The position numbers were made by a program, and so were the translations under genes. Below are positions 8,243-19,440 of a stretch of 40,298 nt of DNA, piece by piece. The stretch lies in the NCBI GenBank assembly GCA_009602735.1, contig WELA01000853.1, forward strand, positions 205,967-246,264, given 5' to 3'. The notes beneath the pieces were generated by a model. The model was not told the origin of the DNA. It saw nothing but the letters and a program-made list of their open reading frames with translations, and searched no databases. Within the stretch, counting starts at the first letter, position 1. Each line of letters opens with the position of its first letter. This DNA comes from Mesotaenium endlicherianum (lineage: Eukaryota).

Positions 8243-8971
8243 TTGAGCATGACAAGCATGACTGGGATCTGGCCCTGCCATGGCTGGTTATGGGTTACAG
8301 ATTTAACAAGCAGGTTGCCTTGGCGAATTACTTGCCATATCAAATACTGTTTGGTAGAAGTCCAGTAATGCCTTGCAACATCAAGCAAGAGATTGAACAG
8401 GTGAAAGACCTGGACAGCCCTGATGAACTGTTAAAATGTGATGGTGCGCCGTAAGGCGTTATTTGAGCGCATGATGCCGGCTGCACTAGACAATCTGAAA
8501 ATTGCACAGAAAAGAGATACGCAGCGTTACGCCAGGACGCGAGACGGGAGCTACCGCCTGCAGATGACGCAGATTCAAGAAGGAGACTTTGTCTACCGCA
8601 AGCGCCAGACCAAGACCTCCATCGACACCAGTTCAGGCGCAGTGATCTTACGCGTGAAACATGCGTTTGACAATGGTGTGTTAGAAGTGGAAGGTTCTGA
8701 TGGTAAAACCATGAGAGACCACATGCAGAATTGCTCGCTATGCCATTTGCCGAATATTGATCCTACAGTTAGGGTTGTGCTCGAGGAATTGGTGCCAGCC
8801 ACGCCTTGTGCCAGCTGCAAAGTGCTGGATGATCAGGAAGCAATGGTAACTTGCGATAAGTGTGGTGCCCGTTGGCACACTTTCTGCATTGGCGAGGAAG
8901 AAATTATGGCAGGACGATGGGAATGTCCTGATTGCCTTCCTAAAACCCCTAGCCGCAGGGCTGGAAAATAA
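8243..8971 (+). pseudogene. Integrase C-terminal half plus PHD finger; frameshift near 8435
   Basis: DWDLALPWLVMGYRF...PYQILFGRSP, then ALDNLKIAQKRD..RYA and EGDFVY. Ends in C-x2-C...C-x2-C-x4-H-x2-C...W-x-C-x2-C (8807-8935). One extra A at 8433-8436 splits the two ORFs. Confidence 0.88.
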
Positions 8972-9006
8972 TAGCTTTCAGCAGAAGAGGCAGGGACGCC
9001 TCAGCT

Positions 9007-9018
9007 GAAAGGGAGGGG
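9007..9018 (+). promoter_or_regulatory. Polypurine tract of the PHD-Gypsy
   Basis: GAAAGGGAGGGG immediately followed by TGTAAG. Confidence 0.85.
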
Positions 9019-9322
9019 TGTAAGAGGAATTAAGGCAAGCCAAGTATTTTTAAAATTTTTGCTAAAGTCTTAGGATAAGCAGATGGCGAGAGCTGGGTGA
9101 CGGAGAACGTTGCCCTGAGTGTTGGTCATGGTTGCATGGTGCAAGTTCAGGAGCCCAGGGATGGGTTAACCCTGGTAAGGCTTGTAACCGACACACGTGC
9201 GAAGGTCGATCGACCATGTTTGCCCACACGAGAGGAGGGCCACCGACACATCCACCAGGTCGAAGACACACGTGCTGAAAGGCTACGCACTTGTCGAGGG
9301 ACCGACACTGTTAGGCACGACA
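9019..9322 (+). repeat. Direct repeat A1 (304 bp, TGT...ACA), start of the 3' LTR
   Basis: Follows the PPT; roughly 90% identical by eye to 10555-10859. Confidence 0.9.
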
Positions 9323-10554
9323 GCTGTCGCGACTACTATCCGTTTGACGGTGTCGCACGCGCAGCACAAGCTACGGCCATCTAGTACGGAAAGTCAACGT
9401 TGACTCACCGACCACTTGACCGATTACATCGCAGTCAGCGGTTATGTCGGCGTCAAGGCCACTGGCAAGGGGTCAATGTCAATGTGCCCCACACCCAGGG
9501 ATGGGAGAGGCTTTGACAAGACAGCCGCGAGGCTAGAAGTTGGGGATCAGCGATGAGCCGCCCAGCAAGTACCAAGTCAGGTACTGTGTAACTGGCAGAT
9601 TAAGCCAGGTCATGGCCGCAATGCCAAGATAGGTTACGGCCGCCCGGTTGGGAATCTTGAGCAAGTGGCATTTGCTTGAACGCCGCTGAGGAGTTCTTAG
9701 CCATGAGCCAATTAGGCGTGACTGCCAGCCGAGAAGCTAAGCAGCCACGCGCGACAGTCACGAGGTGTGCATGCATGCTGAGTGACTACGAGTTTGAGTT
9801 GAGCATGGCTAGGCAGAAGCACATGCAGCTTAGTTGTGTGACTAATCACGACATTCTCGAAAGATGACGCTGTGTAGTGCCTGCGAAAGGCACGAATCTT
9901 GCCTGAGACATGTCATTCACTCTCACGCACTTTTGCCAAGAAGCAGAAGGAGCAGAAGGAAGAAGAAGAAGGGCGTAAAGAAGAAGGAGTTCCCAAGGCC
10001 ATTGGAGGGCCAAGGCCCCACACTTCTGCCGACGCTGAAGATTCTTCTCAGTGTATCATAGATAAGTTAGGATTGTAGGAGTTCCCAAGAGGGAATCTCA
10101 CTGTTGAATTAGGAGAACTGCAGAATAGAATCTGCTAGGAGATTAGCACAGATTCGGCCGAACGCCACAAGTGTGTGTGAAGCAGCCTTAAAATGGTGAG
10201 TTGTGTATTAGTTTCCAAGTTCTCAAAAGTCGCATTCGCATCTCAAAGAGAGAGAGTAGTATTGACAGATAAAGCTCTCAGTGAAGAACTGAGTGAGCCT
10301 AGCCTGGCAGTGAAGAGCTCTTAAGGCGCGGTGTTAAGTGAAGAGCTTGACCCAGGCAAGCATAGACATAGTTTCAGAGTTTAATAAGCTGACTTGTGGA
10401 AGTTAAGCGAAAGCCTGAAGGGCGATTTTCTCTGAATCTGACGTTGTATGTCAAGCTGCTTAGAGTGTGATTTCTGCAAACTACAATCTGCTCGCCTGTG
10501 AAGCCAAGAACCTTAAGGCATAAAGCCTATGTGGAAGTAAGAGACTTCCGTCCT

Positions 10555-10859
10555 TGTAAGAGGAATTAAGGCAAGGCAAGTATTTTCTAATGTTTCTGCT
10601 AAGTCTTAGGATAAGCAGATGGTGAGAGCTGGGTGACGGAGAACGTCGCCCTGAGTTGTTGGTCAGGGTTGCATGGTGCAAGTTCAGGAGCCCAGGGATG
10701 GGTTAACCTTGGTAAGGCTTGTCACCGACACACGTGCGAAGGTCGATCGACCATGTTTGCCCACACGTGAGGAGGGCCACCGACACATCGACCAGGTCGA
10801 AGGCACACGTGCTGGAAGGCTACGCACGTGCCGAGGGATTGACACTGTTAGGCACGACA
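10555..10859 (+). repeat. Direct repeat A2 (305 bp, TGT...ACA)
   Basis: Near-identical to 9019-9322; similarity stops exactly at ...ggcacgaca. Confidence 0.9.
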
Positions 10860-11048
10860 ACATGGCCTTCGAAACGCTTAACATGACTGGACACATGTAT
10901 CTTCGATGACTCGAAATGATTGCCACAGTTCATTCGAGCTCATTATCTAGGCACCAAAGAATACATTCAACGTGTTCTGTATAAGCCTATAGCTCAAGCA
11001 CACATCTTAGAAGTGAAGATCTGCAAATCACCAACACTACCGTGATCA

Positions 11049-13380
11049 ACGGGTTTGCAACGTATAAAGGGGAAGAATGAAGAAAAGGGTTGAGACTGAC
11101 GCAGGAGGCAATATAAATTCTCATGGAAGACTTTGTACTGTCAACGAGGTATCTAACTTGGTTTCAGCTTTTCAAATTGGCATCAATTAATATTACTGCT
11201 TTCGATTCTGATTTCCTGAAGAGATATACTATAACACCACATCAATTAATAGATGTAGGTTCAGAAGGTCGACTATAGTATACTTGGGGTTCATCTTGTT
11301 TCACTGATTGGTACAGGGCATACTTTTGTTTACACTAATCCTCATACATACTATTTCTGATTCTTCAAGCACCTCCTGCCAATCATCTTTTGAAGGTCCC
11401 GTGGGTAGTTATGGCTGCTCAAAATTGTGGATTTTTGAGACTGAAGTGAGGGGTAGGTGCAAGTCGAGTTTTATAGACAACAGCAGCATGTCGAACGCTG
11501 GCCTTTGACCTGTGCAAATAAAATCCATCAATATGTGCATACTATTGATCCTACAGAACTGAGCTTGTAAAGGTCTTTCGTGCAGTGTTGTACCCACTGT
11601 ATCAACATAGTGGGTTTTTAAGTGGAAGGACATGACCTTGGTTCAGTATTCTTACTCAAGTGATGGTGCGACTTATTTGTGGCGAGTCATTGACGTCTTG
11701 TTGCAACCTTTTGCATTGATATGAAAAAAGGTGTGGCCTTCTGAGATCATAATTAATATATTAGGCTCTACCCATGTTGCTTCTCAATGGTAGGGCATTG
11801 TGTCAAAAACTGTCCACTTTCAAGCGTGCCGAGTGTCAATCCCTGGTGGATGTAGACATGGTGCTCAGAACGTTGCACAGTGTCAAGAATGTCACACATG
11901 TCGCTGTAAGCGCATCAATAAGGAGCAAACACGAGGTGTTCTTGAGAAGGCTTGCCACGGGATTTCTTCTGGTCTCGACCTTCACCTACTAAGATTTTGA
12001 GGACCCAAAGAATCTGTCCATATTTCTTTCTTGGAATGCAAACATCCAAGAGTTGTATCTGTCTATCTCCATATCGTCTATTAGCAGTCGTATGGGCTGG
12101 CGCAGCTATCAGGAAGCTCTGGAAAAATTGGACTTTAGCCAGCAAGTGAATATGAAGAAGCTCGTACTTGAGTATTACGATCACAGATTCACCAGCATTC
12201 CTGTCAGCACAACTTTAAAACAGCTCAGGAATCTCCAGGAGCTTAGCATTTGTCTAAATAGATTGACCATTGAGGCACCCTTGCCCCCGTGGCTGGCAAA
12301 CTTCCCTGCATTTGTAGGATTTGACTACCATAGTTGCTCTCATTCTCCCGGCAAGTTGCTATTGGACTCTCTTTAAAAAGCGAAGGGTCTGAAGAAGGTG
12401 GCAAGAACGTGTCCTCCGATGAGTGCCCTTTTGTTATTGACGGCAAAGTTCTTGTTTTTACTCAAGCTCAAACTCTATTCTTTGACCCAAAAGTTTGATT
12501 ATTATCTGTATCTTGTTGCTGCTGCAGTCTGGCGCACAGCAGATGGCCGACATCTTCAGGGAAAAACATGTGACATCTCTCTCCATTACCTCCTATGACG
12601 AGTCTGGGTCAACCCCCTTCATGGAAACGTTACAGCCAAGCCCATACCTCAAGGATATGCACATTGTTGCTGATGCTATTCCCAAGCTGGAAGAACGACT
12701 ACCTCTTCTGGAGGACCTCACTTTAGCGACCATGGGTCCTGTGGCAATCCAGCCAAGCTATTTTGCCTTCACACCCAACTTGCGCTCTTTGAGTGTAACC
12801 CTCTGCAAAGAGGTTGCATGGCCTCGTCTCGAGTACCTCACCCACCTGACCTCCCTGACAGTGGAATTGTCTTGCAAGCATGGCCGACTTAGACTTTGAG
12901 GATCAAGATCAAGAGGAGCCCTTGCCGCAAGCACAAGAGTCCAAGTGGCGCATTGGCAAGGCAAGCACACCCGCCCTGCAGGTGCTGAGGCTGGGCTCTT
13001 GCATGTTCTCTATCTCATTGATGGCCTGCACGCGCTGGAGCGCCATGTAGCAGTCTCACTGCGCTGCTCATGTCGTAACAGGCAGATCTGGTATGACAGC
13101 TATGCTTAATATGCAGCTGGAGGGAGCCCCTGCGACATACTTCTGCCTGGCAGTGCCAGGCAGCTCTTTAAGGACACTAGGCGCTCTATCACAAGGCCGC
13201 TTGGGTCGTACCCTGCCTGCCCTCCAACAAGTGCAAGGTAGAAGTCTAGAAGACCTTGCAAATTATGGGCCTGCTTTATGGGCACATGTGAAGCAAAGTC
13301 GTTCGAGTGAAAGGTCGGGCGGTAAGTGAAGGGTGGTGTCAGAAATTGTGGGGGTTGACTACTGCTTCTGAGGGGAATAA
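11049..13380 (+). pseudogene. F-box/LRR-like paralogue 1 (F-box deleted, multiple stops and frameshifts)
   Basis: Exon 1 relic at 11049-11148 (ATG>ACG). Coding similarity resumes at 11813 (STFKRAECQS..KNVTHV), WRSYQEALEKLDFSQQVNMKKLVL. Donor at 12419 reads AT. Exon from 12528 has FAFTPNLRSL..VAWPRLEYLTHLTSLTVELS and ARQLFKDTRR. All align to paralogues 2 and 3. Confidence 0.85.
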
Positions 13381-15585
13381 GCGATCAGATTGTGGCACTT
13401 GGACGTCCAATGAAGTGAGGAGCAGTAGTGGCTACTCTTGCGTCCAATCCGCTGTATTGCTTTAGACGTACCAAGAGGCTCGTGCCAGGTGCTTGTCAAA
13501 TTGCGTTGCTCAAGTGGCTGGCGTCATGCTGGCATCATCATGTTCTCCGTGAGTTTGCCCGTCGATTGCTATGTTGGCATTTTATATTGTGGGACTAGAG
13601 TATACACTTGTACGTGTATTCATAGACTCTGAAGCTGCGAAGCTGAGGTTCTGGAGTGTCACCTCCCGTATATGTGCAAAGCGTCAGGGTGGTGCTGCAA
13701 TCTAGATTAGCTGTGTACTATATAAAGACCTAGCCACCCAAAGCTTACAGGCCAGCCAGGGCTGCTTATAGGAAGGGCTGTGTTAAGATCTGGAAGCGCT
13801 GGATGCTCTCTCTAATCTCAAATTATGGTGGGGGTGTGCATGCTGAGAAGTACCCAGATTGAGAAGGTAATGTGTACATACATTGAAAGTGTTAAACATC
13901 GGTACAACTGAATTGCACTCTTTGCTCGCGCACAATATTGGGAGATTTGGTACACAGGGGATTGCTGGCATCATGGAAGATTTCTTTTGCAAGACAGAAA
14001 AACCACTGTCACCTGTTTGTGCAAACTTCGTGGACCTGTGAAGCTTTGTGCAGAACCAGAGAGTTTTATTCAAGTCGTAGCACGCATGAGAATCATAATA
14101 CTGGTTGTTTAAATTGACGACTAACTAGACTTTGTCAGCCGGCTGGAAAACGATGGGTGTAAATTGTAATGATCAAGAGTGTATACTTAACTTGACGACA
14201 CCCTTCATGTTGCTGCAACGCCCATACGTTCCACGATCAAATTTCAAGCCTTGTCCTACATAGTACAATGGCCAAAGAAGTTGCCTCCTTGAAAGTTTTA
14301 GTTTCTCTCAACTCAAATGTGTGATGCGTCATGCGCAAATAATCAAAGTACACAAGAAGCAACCCTGCTCATAAGGAGAGCACAGTCCAATAGCTCATCA
14401 TCGTGTACAACATTCAACCACCAACTAGTCATGCCTACGTCAAAATTTGAAGTACCTCAGAACTTCGGGTGGCGCTAAACCCTAGACCCTGACCTCACAC
14501 TCTACATCGTTAGGCTCTAGCAACACTGTCCAGAATCACTGTCGGCATGCAATTATGACATCCAAATCTCCAATTTAGGGCTCCATGACGCGTGAGTGGT
14601 CAGGTCAGTTCAACTCGGCCACAGCTTTGACCAAAGAGCAGGGAGCGCGAGCAGCCACGCGAGCGCTGACTCAACCGCCACATGTGCAGCCAGCTGGTCC
14701 TTCCAGCAGATCCTCCCACACCATCGTCGCACATCACCGTGTAAGCAGGAGTACCAAAGTGAACTTGCGGCTCCACGTGTTGCACCTGAACTGCACCAGC
14801 ACGACAAGTATCCCCACATGCCAAACCCGCAATCAGGTCGCAGAATGTCAGAACCCCACTTCCCCCGTCAGCCGGTCGCATGCCACCACGCAGGCCCCCC
14901 CACCCCAGCCGACCTTACTCCCCACGGGCCCCGTTTTCAGCTCCTTGCTCAATCCATGCTCGTGTAGCGTACTGCGATGCTCCCCTCCTCTCTGTCGTGA
15001 CAGGGCCGATCGAGCAGAAACAGCGCAGCGGCGGATACACACAGAAGCAACAGCGCAGCCTCCGCCCTCAAGTTCCCAGCAAATAGATGAAGAACGCGAG
15101 ACAGACAGAGAGGTTCAAGGCCCACATAGCCCACAAGGCTCACTTCACCACCAGAGACAATGCGCGCGCAAACGTGCCTGCCTCCCTCTAACCCAAATGG
15201 CCCTCTCAAGCCTTGCGCATAATACAAAGTTCTTCCCCAACCCCAGGCTAACTCGTAAGTTCCTTCGACCTCATCTCTGCCTCCAACCATGACCCCGGGC
15301 CTTACTCTGCCCAGACTTTACCCGTCGGTGACAGCAGTCAGCCTCGCACCAGATCCCAGGTAAGCCCCCCATGCCCTACCCCGCTGTGCAGTCTCCACCC
15401 CTGCATCCCTGCATAGTGTCCCCGCCCCGTCTGACCTGGCCGCCAATCCAGGTAGCAACTAGCTATTTGCATGTGAGACTAAGCCCACACACACGGAGCG
15501 CAGCAAGACCCCAACCTAACCCAAACTTGAATCTTTGCTCCTATCCCCCAGCGTTACCTGCCGCCCTCCCCCCCCCCACGCCCCA

Positions 15586-15691
15586 NNNNNNNNNNNNNNN
15601 NNNNNNNNNNNNNNNNNNNNNNNNNNNNNNNNNNNNNNNNNNNNNNNNNNNNNNNNNNNNNNNNNNNNNNNNNNNNNNNNNNNNNNNNNNN
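15586..15691. other. Assembly gap (N run)
   Basis: 106 N between C-rich tracts. Confidence 1.
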
Positions 15692-15719
15692 ACCCCCACC
15701 CCCACCCGCACACAAAGAG

Positions 15720-15880
15720 GCCCCAGGCCCATCGGGCATCAATGTGGCGCCAGCCCCACATGGCTCTCTTGCTTGCAACATGCACTCGCCCTCCAGCCAG
15801 CCCTGAGCGCCTGTTTGCCAGCCAGCCTGCCAGCCTGCCTGTCAGGCAGGTAGGCAGGCAGGCAGCGGGAGCGAGCACAC
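15720..15880 (+). repeat. GC-rich dispersed repeat; inverted homologue at about 30870-31040
   Basis: 15749-15785 matches the reverse complement of 30969-31005 at 30/37 without gaps. Both continue into GCCA/GCCG runs and GGCAGGCAGGCAGCG. Confidence 0.65.
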
Positions 15881-16187
15881 ACGCAGCAGAGTGGGGCCTG
15901 GCTGCGCCACCTTCCTCTTCTTCTTCTGAGCAGAGGTCCTTCCCATGGGCCGACACGAGCTATCACATCATGGTCTGATAAGTGATAACCTCTGATCCCC
16001 CCACCCCCTCCCTTCATCCACCGCCCCATGTGGCATCCTTGCTGCTCGTGAACTCACAATGCCCATTCAGTTGCAACGGCCCCTGCTCCCGCAGCGCTGA
16101 ACCGTAACAGGCTACAGCATCCGCATACGCATCAGCATGGGGGGCCTAAGACCAGGGCCCGACAAATTTGGAATCCTTGGTTCCCGC

Positions 16188-16275
16188 CTTTCAGGCCCTT
16201 CAGCCCTTGAGCCTCTCAGCCCTTCAGCCTCTCAGCCGTTCAACCCTTCAGCCTTTCATCCTTTTGGCCTTTCAG
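16188..16275. repeat. Degenerate ~8-nt tandem repeat (TTCAGCCT-like)
   Basis: cttcagcc, ctcagcc, tttcagcc and ttcggcc units in tandem. Confidence 0.7.
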
Positions 16276-17671
16276 CCTTTCGGCCTTTCAGCCTTTTAGT
16301 CTTTCGGGGCTCAAGAGAATCAGCAGCAGGGTTAGAGGCGGCGGCGGAGCGGGCCCACAACCTCTGCTCTCTCGCCCGCAGCGAACGACGCTGAGGGCCA
16401 CGACCATGGCCACAGCCACGGCCGCGGCTACGGCCACGGCCACGGCGAGGGCCAGGGCCAGGGCCCGCGCCAGGCGCTAATGATCAATCAGCTCGGGCAG
16501 CCCCTGCCAGAGGCGTTGCTCCTCACCCGTCTGCAGCTGCTTCCGAGAGAGCCTCTGCGCCTTTGAGCCTTAGCGCCTTTTGCGCCTCTGCGCGCCCCTC
16601 CCTTCAGGCTTCAGCAGCAGGGTCAGAGCCAGAGCCGGCATGGCACCCCTCTCACAAGTCGCCTGCGATGAACGGCGCCGGGAGGCCTGCGGTAAGCAGC
16701 CAGCTCGGCCGACGCCGCCGACAGCCGCCGACACCAACAGCCGCCTCAGAAGAAGAAGGGGAGCATAAGGACCCCCAGATGCCTCTGAGAGGAGCACGCG
16801 CGCCTCGCATCTCCCGCTGGCGACTCGGCAATCTTTGCAGCGCCTCTTCGTCTTCCGCGTGCTGGAACCGTGTGCTTCTTCTCTTGCTCGGTCCATTTGA
16901 CGACCAGCTCTCTCAGCTCTCAGTCCACGCTGGCACAAGTAACGAGTCACCGGCAGCCGGAGCTGCGCCACCTCACCACACTGCCACACCTGAAGTGACA
17001 AGTCCTACGTTCTTGCCCAAAGCCCTACACCCTGATTCAAAGTTGAAAAGCCCCTGGACCGTTGATCGTCGACCGTCCACGCACACACCCCACTTTCCTT
17101 GAGCCCGACACTTCAAAGCGCAGGTGGCAAGGCCAGGCTGTGCTCAAGCCACCTAGTCCTCCAATCTCCTCACGGTGCACGCCCCAGGCCCTAAAACCCA
17201 AACCCTGACTCCGAATTCCCCAGGCTCCACCCTCTTCCCTGATCCAGCTGGGCCCTAGTCTGCCCAGGGTGGGCTAATGCCTTACCCTCCTGGGCCCTAG
17301 CCCCAAAACCCCCCAGGCGTGCACCTAACTCTCAAATGGCAAGCGGCGCTCATGGCATTTAGAGGGCACAGTCATCCCGCCACAAGCGTGGCACACCCAA
17401 ACGTGCGGAGGCCGTCGATTGACTCGTGCGGAGAAGGATCAGGAGACAGCACGCCCGCCATGCTGTGTAGTGTGCCACACATGCGCGTGTGGCGACGTGC
17501 AGTTGCACCACAGGCGAGCCCTTGGGGTTTGTTGCAGTCATTGTTGCAGCCGCCAGTGTTGTCAGCGCAGCGAGAGCACCAGGGAGGAAGAGCAGCCGCG
17601 TGAGGGTGCACTCCGGCAAACATGCAGCTGTGCAGACCTGCTCTGCCCCTGCCTAGTCGCTATCAAGCTGT

Positions 17672-17798
17672 AGGCGCAGCGAGCGGAGGCTAGGGGTGTG
17701 AATGCAAAGTAGTCACGCGGGGTTGCTGGTTGTGAGGGTGAGTGTGAAATCCAGCGTGACTACTTTGCGTTCACACCCAACCCCCGCTCGCTGAGCCT
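17672..17798 (+). repeat. Imperfect inverted repeat / stem-loop (miRNA-precursor-like or MITE-like)
   Basis: Arms at 17672-17718 and 17754-17798. The core 17694-17718/17754-17778 pairs 25/25 with one U-G. Confidence 0.8.
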
Positions 17799-18090
17799 GC
17801 CACTCATGGCCACTCACGGCCACTCACGGCTAGCCAGCTGGCGCAGTTGCACTCTGCACCTGTGACCAAGCAGGAGGAAGTGCACCTCTGCACGTCTGGC
17901 GGACTCTGCACTTTTTGAGCCTTACCCCCCGATAGAGCAAGAGGAACCTCTTGAATCCTGACTTCCAGGGCTAGCTGGAGTCCTGACCAAGAGCTCTTCC
18001 ATGAGGGGGGATAACCCACCCGGTGGAGGGAAACATTTCATCTTCAGAGCCCAGATAAGGTCGCCTCAACTCCTGGAGTTGCTAGCTCAG

Positions 18091-18250
18091 CCAGCTCCGC
18101 TGGAGGGGCTCACCAGTTGAGGGGCCCACTTGGAAACGATTCCAGTGGGAAGTGGGGACCCTAAACCCTAAACCGAAACCCTTAACCAGCTCCGCTTGGG
18201 GGGCTCACGAGTCTTTGGTGAAATTTGGAAACGATTCCAGTGAGAAGTGG
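18091..18250. repeat. ~65-nt direct duplication flanking a telomere-like tract
   Basis: ccagctccgct..ggggctcac..ttggaaacgattccagtg(g/a)gaagtgg at 18091-18155 and 18186-18250, with CCCTAAA CCCTAAA CCGAAA CCCTTAA between. Confidence 0.8.
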
Positions 18251-18986
18251 CGAGTTGGAACTTCGAACCACTGTTGTCAGGCTGTAGGCGGAAAGAGAGA
18301 TGGAGACGTCTGCCGGCGCAGCGCCGCGCGGAGGCCATGGTCGTCTCTCCAGCGGTGCCTGCTTGCAGAGGAGCATTGACATCACCCGAGCTTCTTGTGA
18401 CGTGCTTCATAAGTGTCAGCTTCATAAGTGAGCGCGGCAGGCTGGCAGCCAGGTCAGAGCGCATGCAAATTTAGGCAAGAGGCACTTCAGGCAAGAGCTC
18501 TGAGGCCCCAACGTATCATAGGTGGAAGCTGGAGCAGCTTAGAAGTGAGAAGATTGTTAAGGCTGTCTGGCACTTTAAATTGCTGAAATATTTAGGCCGT
18601 GCTTTTCTTGAGTCCCAACAAAGGCAGCAGAGGGAGAGGCGACCCAAAGTGCTTGCTCTCAGTTGACAATTTCAGATCCGTGAGCCTTCAAGATTTTACG
18701 TTTCGATTCCTGAGCCCCTGCGGTTCCGAGCAGTCACCCTATACCCATGCAAGCCCATACTGCGGTCTGGAAAGAAACAATAATGAACCCCTCCCTACTA
18801 CCTAGTGAGGCATCACTCAAGCACACAGAGGAAGTTGATGCATGCAAGAACAACTTGCATACATGCGTCACATGGGGAGAAGGAGTCTGCCAGTGAAAGA
18901 GACGCACAATTTTTGCACTCTGAATGACAACAAGCCAAGTAGTGAAGCACATGTTCCTCTAAAACTACTGCACGATCTGCCTGAAG

Positions 18987-19059
18987 CAAGCCTGGCCCAA
19001 GCCAGAACCAAGCCTGGCTCAAGCCAGAACCAAGCCTGGCCCAAGCCCGGCCCAAGCCT
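18987..19059. repeat. 11-nt minisatellite with 22-nt higher-order alternation
   Basis: caagcctggcc and caagccagaac units alternate. Confidence 0.85.
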
Positions 19060-19199
19060 AATACACAACGCGTCCATTGCAGCATGCATGCAGTCATATC
19101 ACGTTTGAGCCCTATGTTTTTCCACCTTGCCTAAACTAGTGCCACCTTGGCGACACCATGCCACGAGCTGTCGCAAGCATGCAGGGTCAATTGGTATGC

Positions 19200-19440
19200 T
19201 TCCCTGTCTCCATTGCTCTCTCCCTCCCTCCATCCTTCCCTTCCCCCCTGCCTCCCCTCCTCACTCTCCCTCTCTCACACTCCCTGTTCTCTCTACCATT
19301 CCCTCCCCCCCCCCTCCCTCCCCCTTTTGCTGCATTACTCCCTCGCTTGCTCTCCCTCGATCCTATCCTCCCTCCCTCCCTCCCTCGCTCCCTCCCCTCG
19401 TTCTCCTTTGCTCCCGCCAGATCCCCCTCCCCCACCTCCA
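19200..19440. repeat. Polypyrimidine (CT-rich) low-complexity tract
   Basis: Almost only C and T for about 240 nt. Confidence 0.85.

Larger units (their letters stand above)
8243..10859 (+). mobile_element. 3' portion of an older Ty3/Gypsy element with PHD-finger integrase, interrupted by the chromovirus
   Basis: Integrase C-terminal half, then PPT GAAAGGGAGGGG (9007-9018), then a terminal repeat region starting TGTAAG at 9019. Confidence 0.85.

Noticed and set aside
10860..10878. TGGCCTTCG after repeat A2 as a PBS
   Set aside because: I do not recognise a matching tRNA 3' end, and no gag follows.
14585..17700. Many overlapping 100-235-aa ORFs
   Set aside because: GC-rich low-complexity DNA, open on both strands, with no recognisable domain.
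18987..19059. CRISPR-like array
   Set aside because: No unique spacers; a simple minisatellite in eukaryotic DNA.
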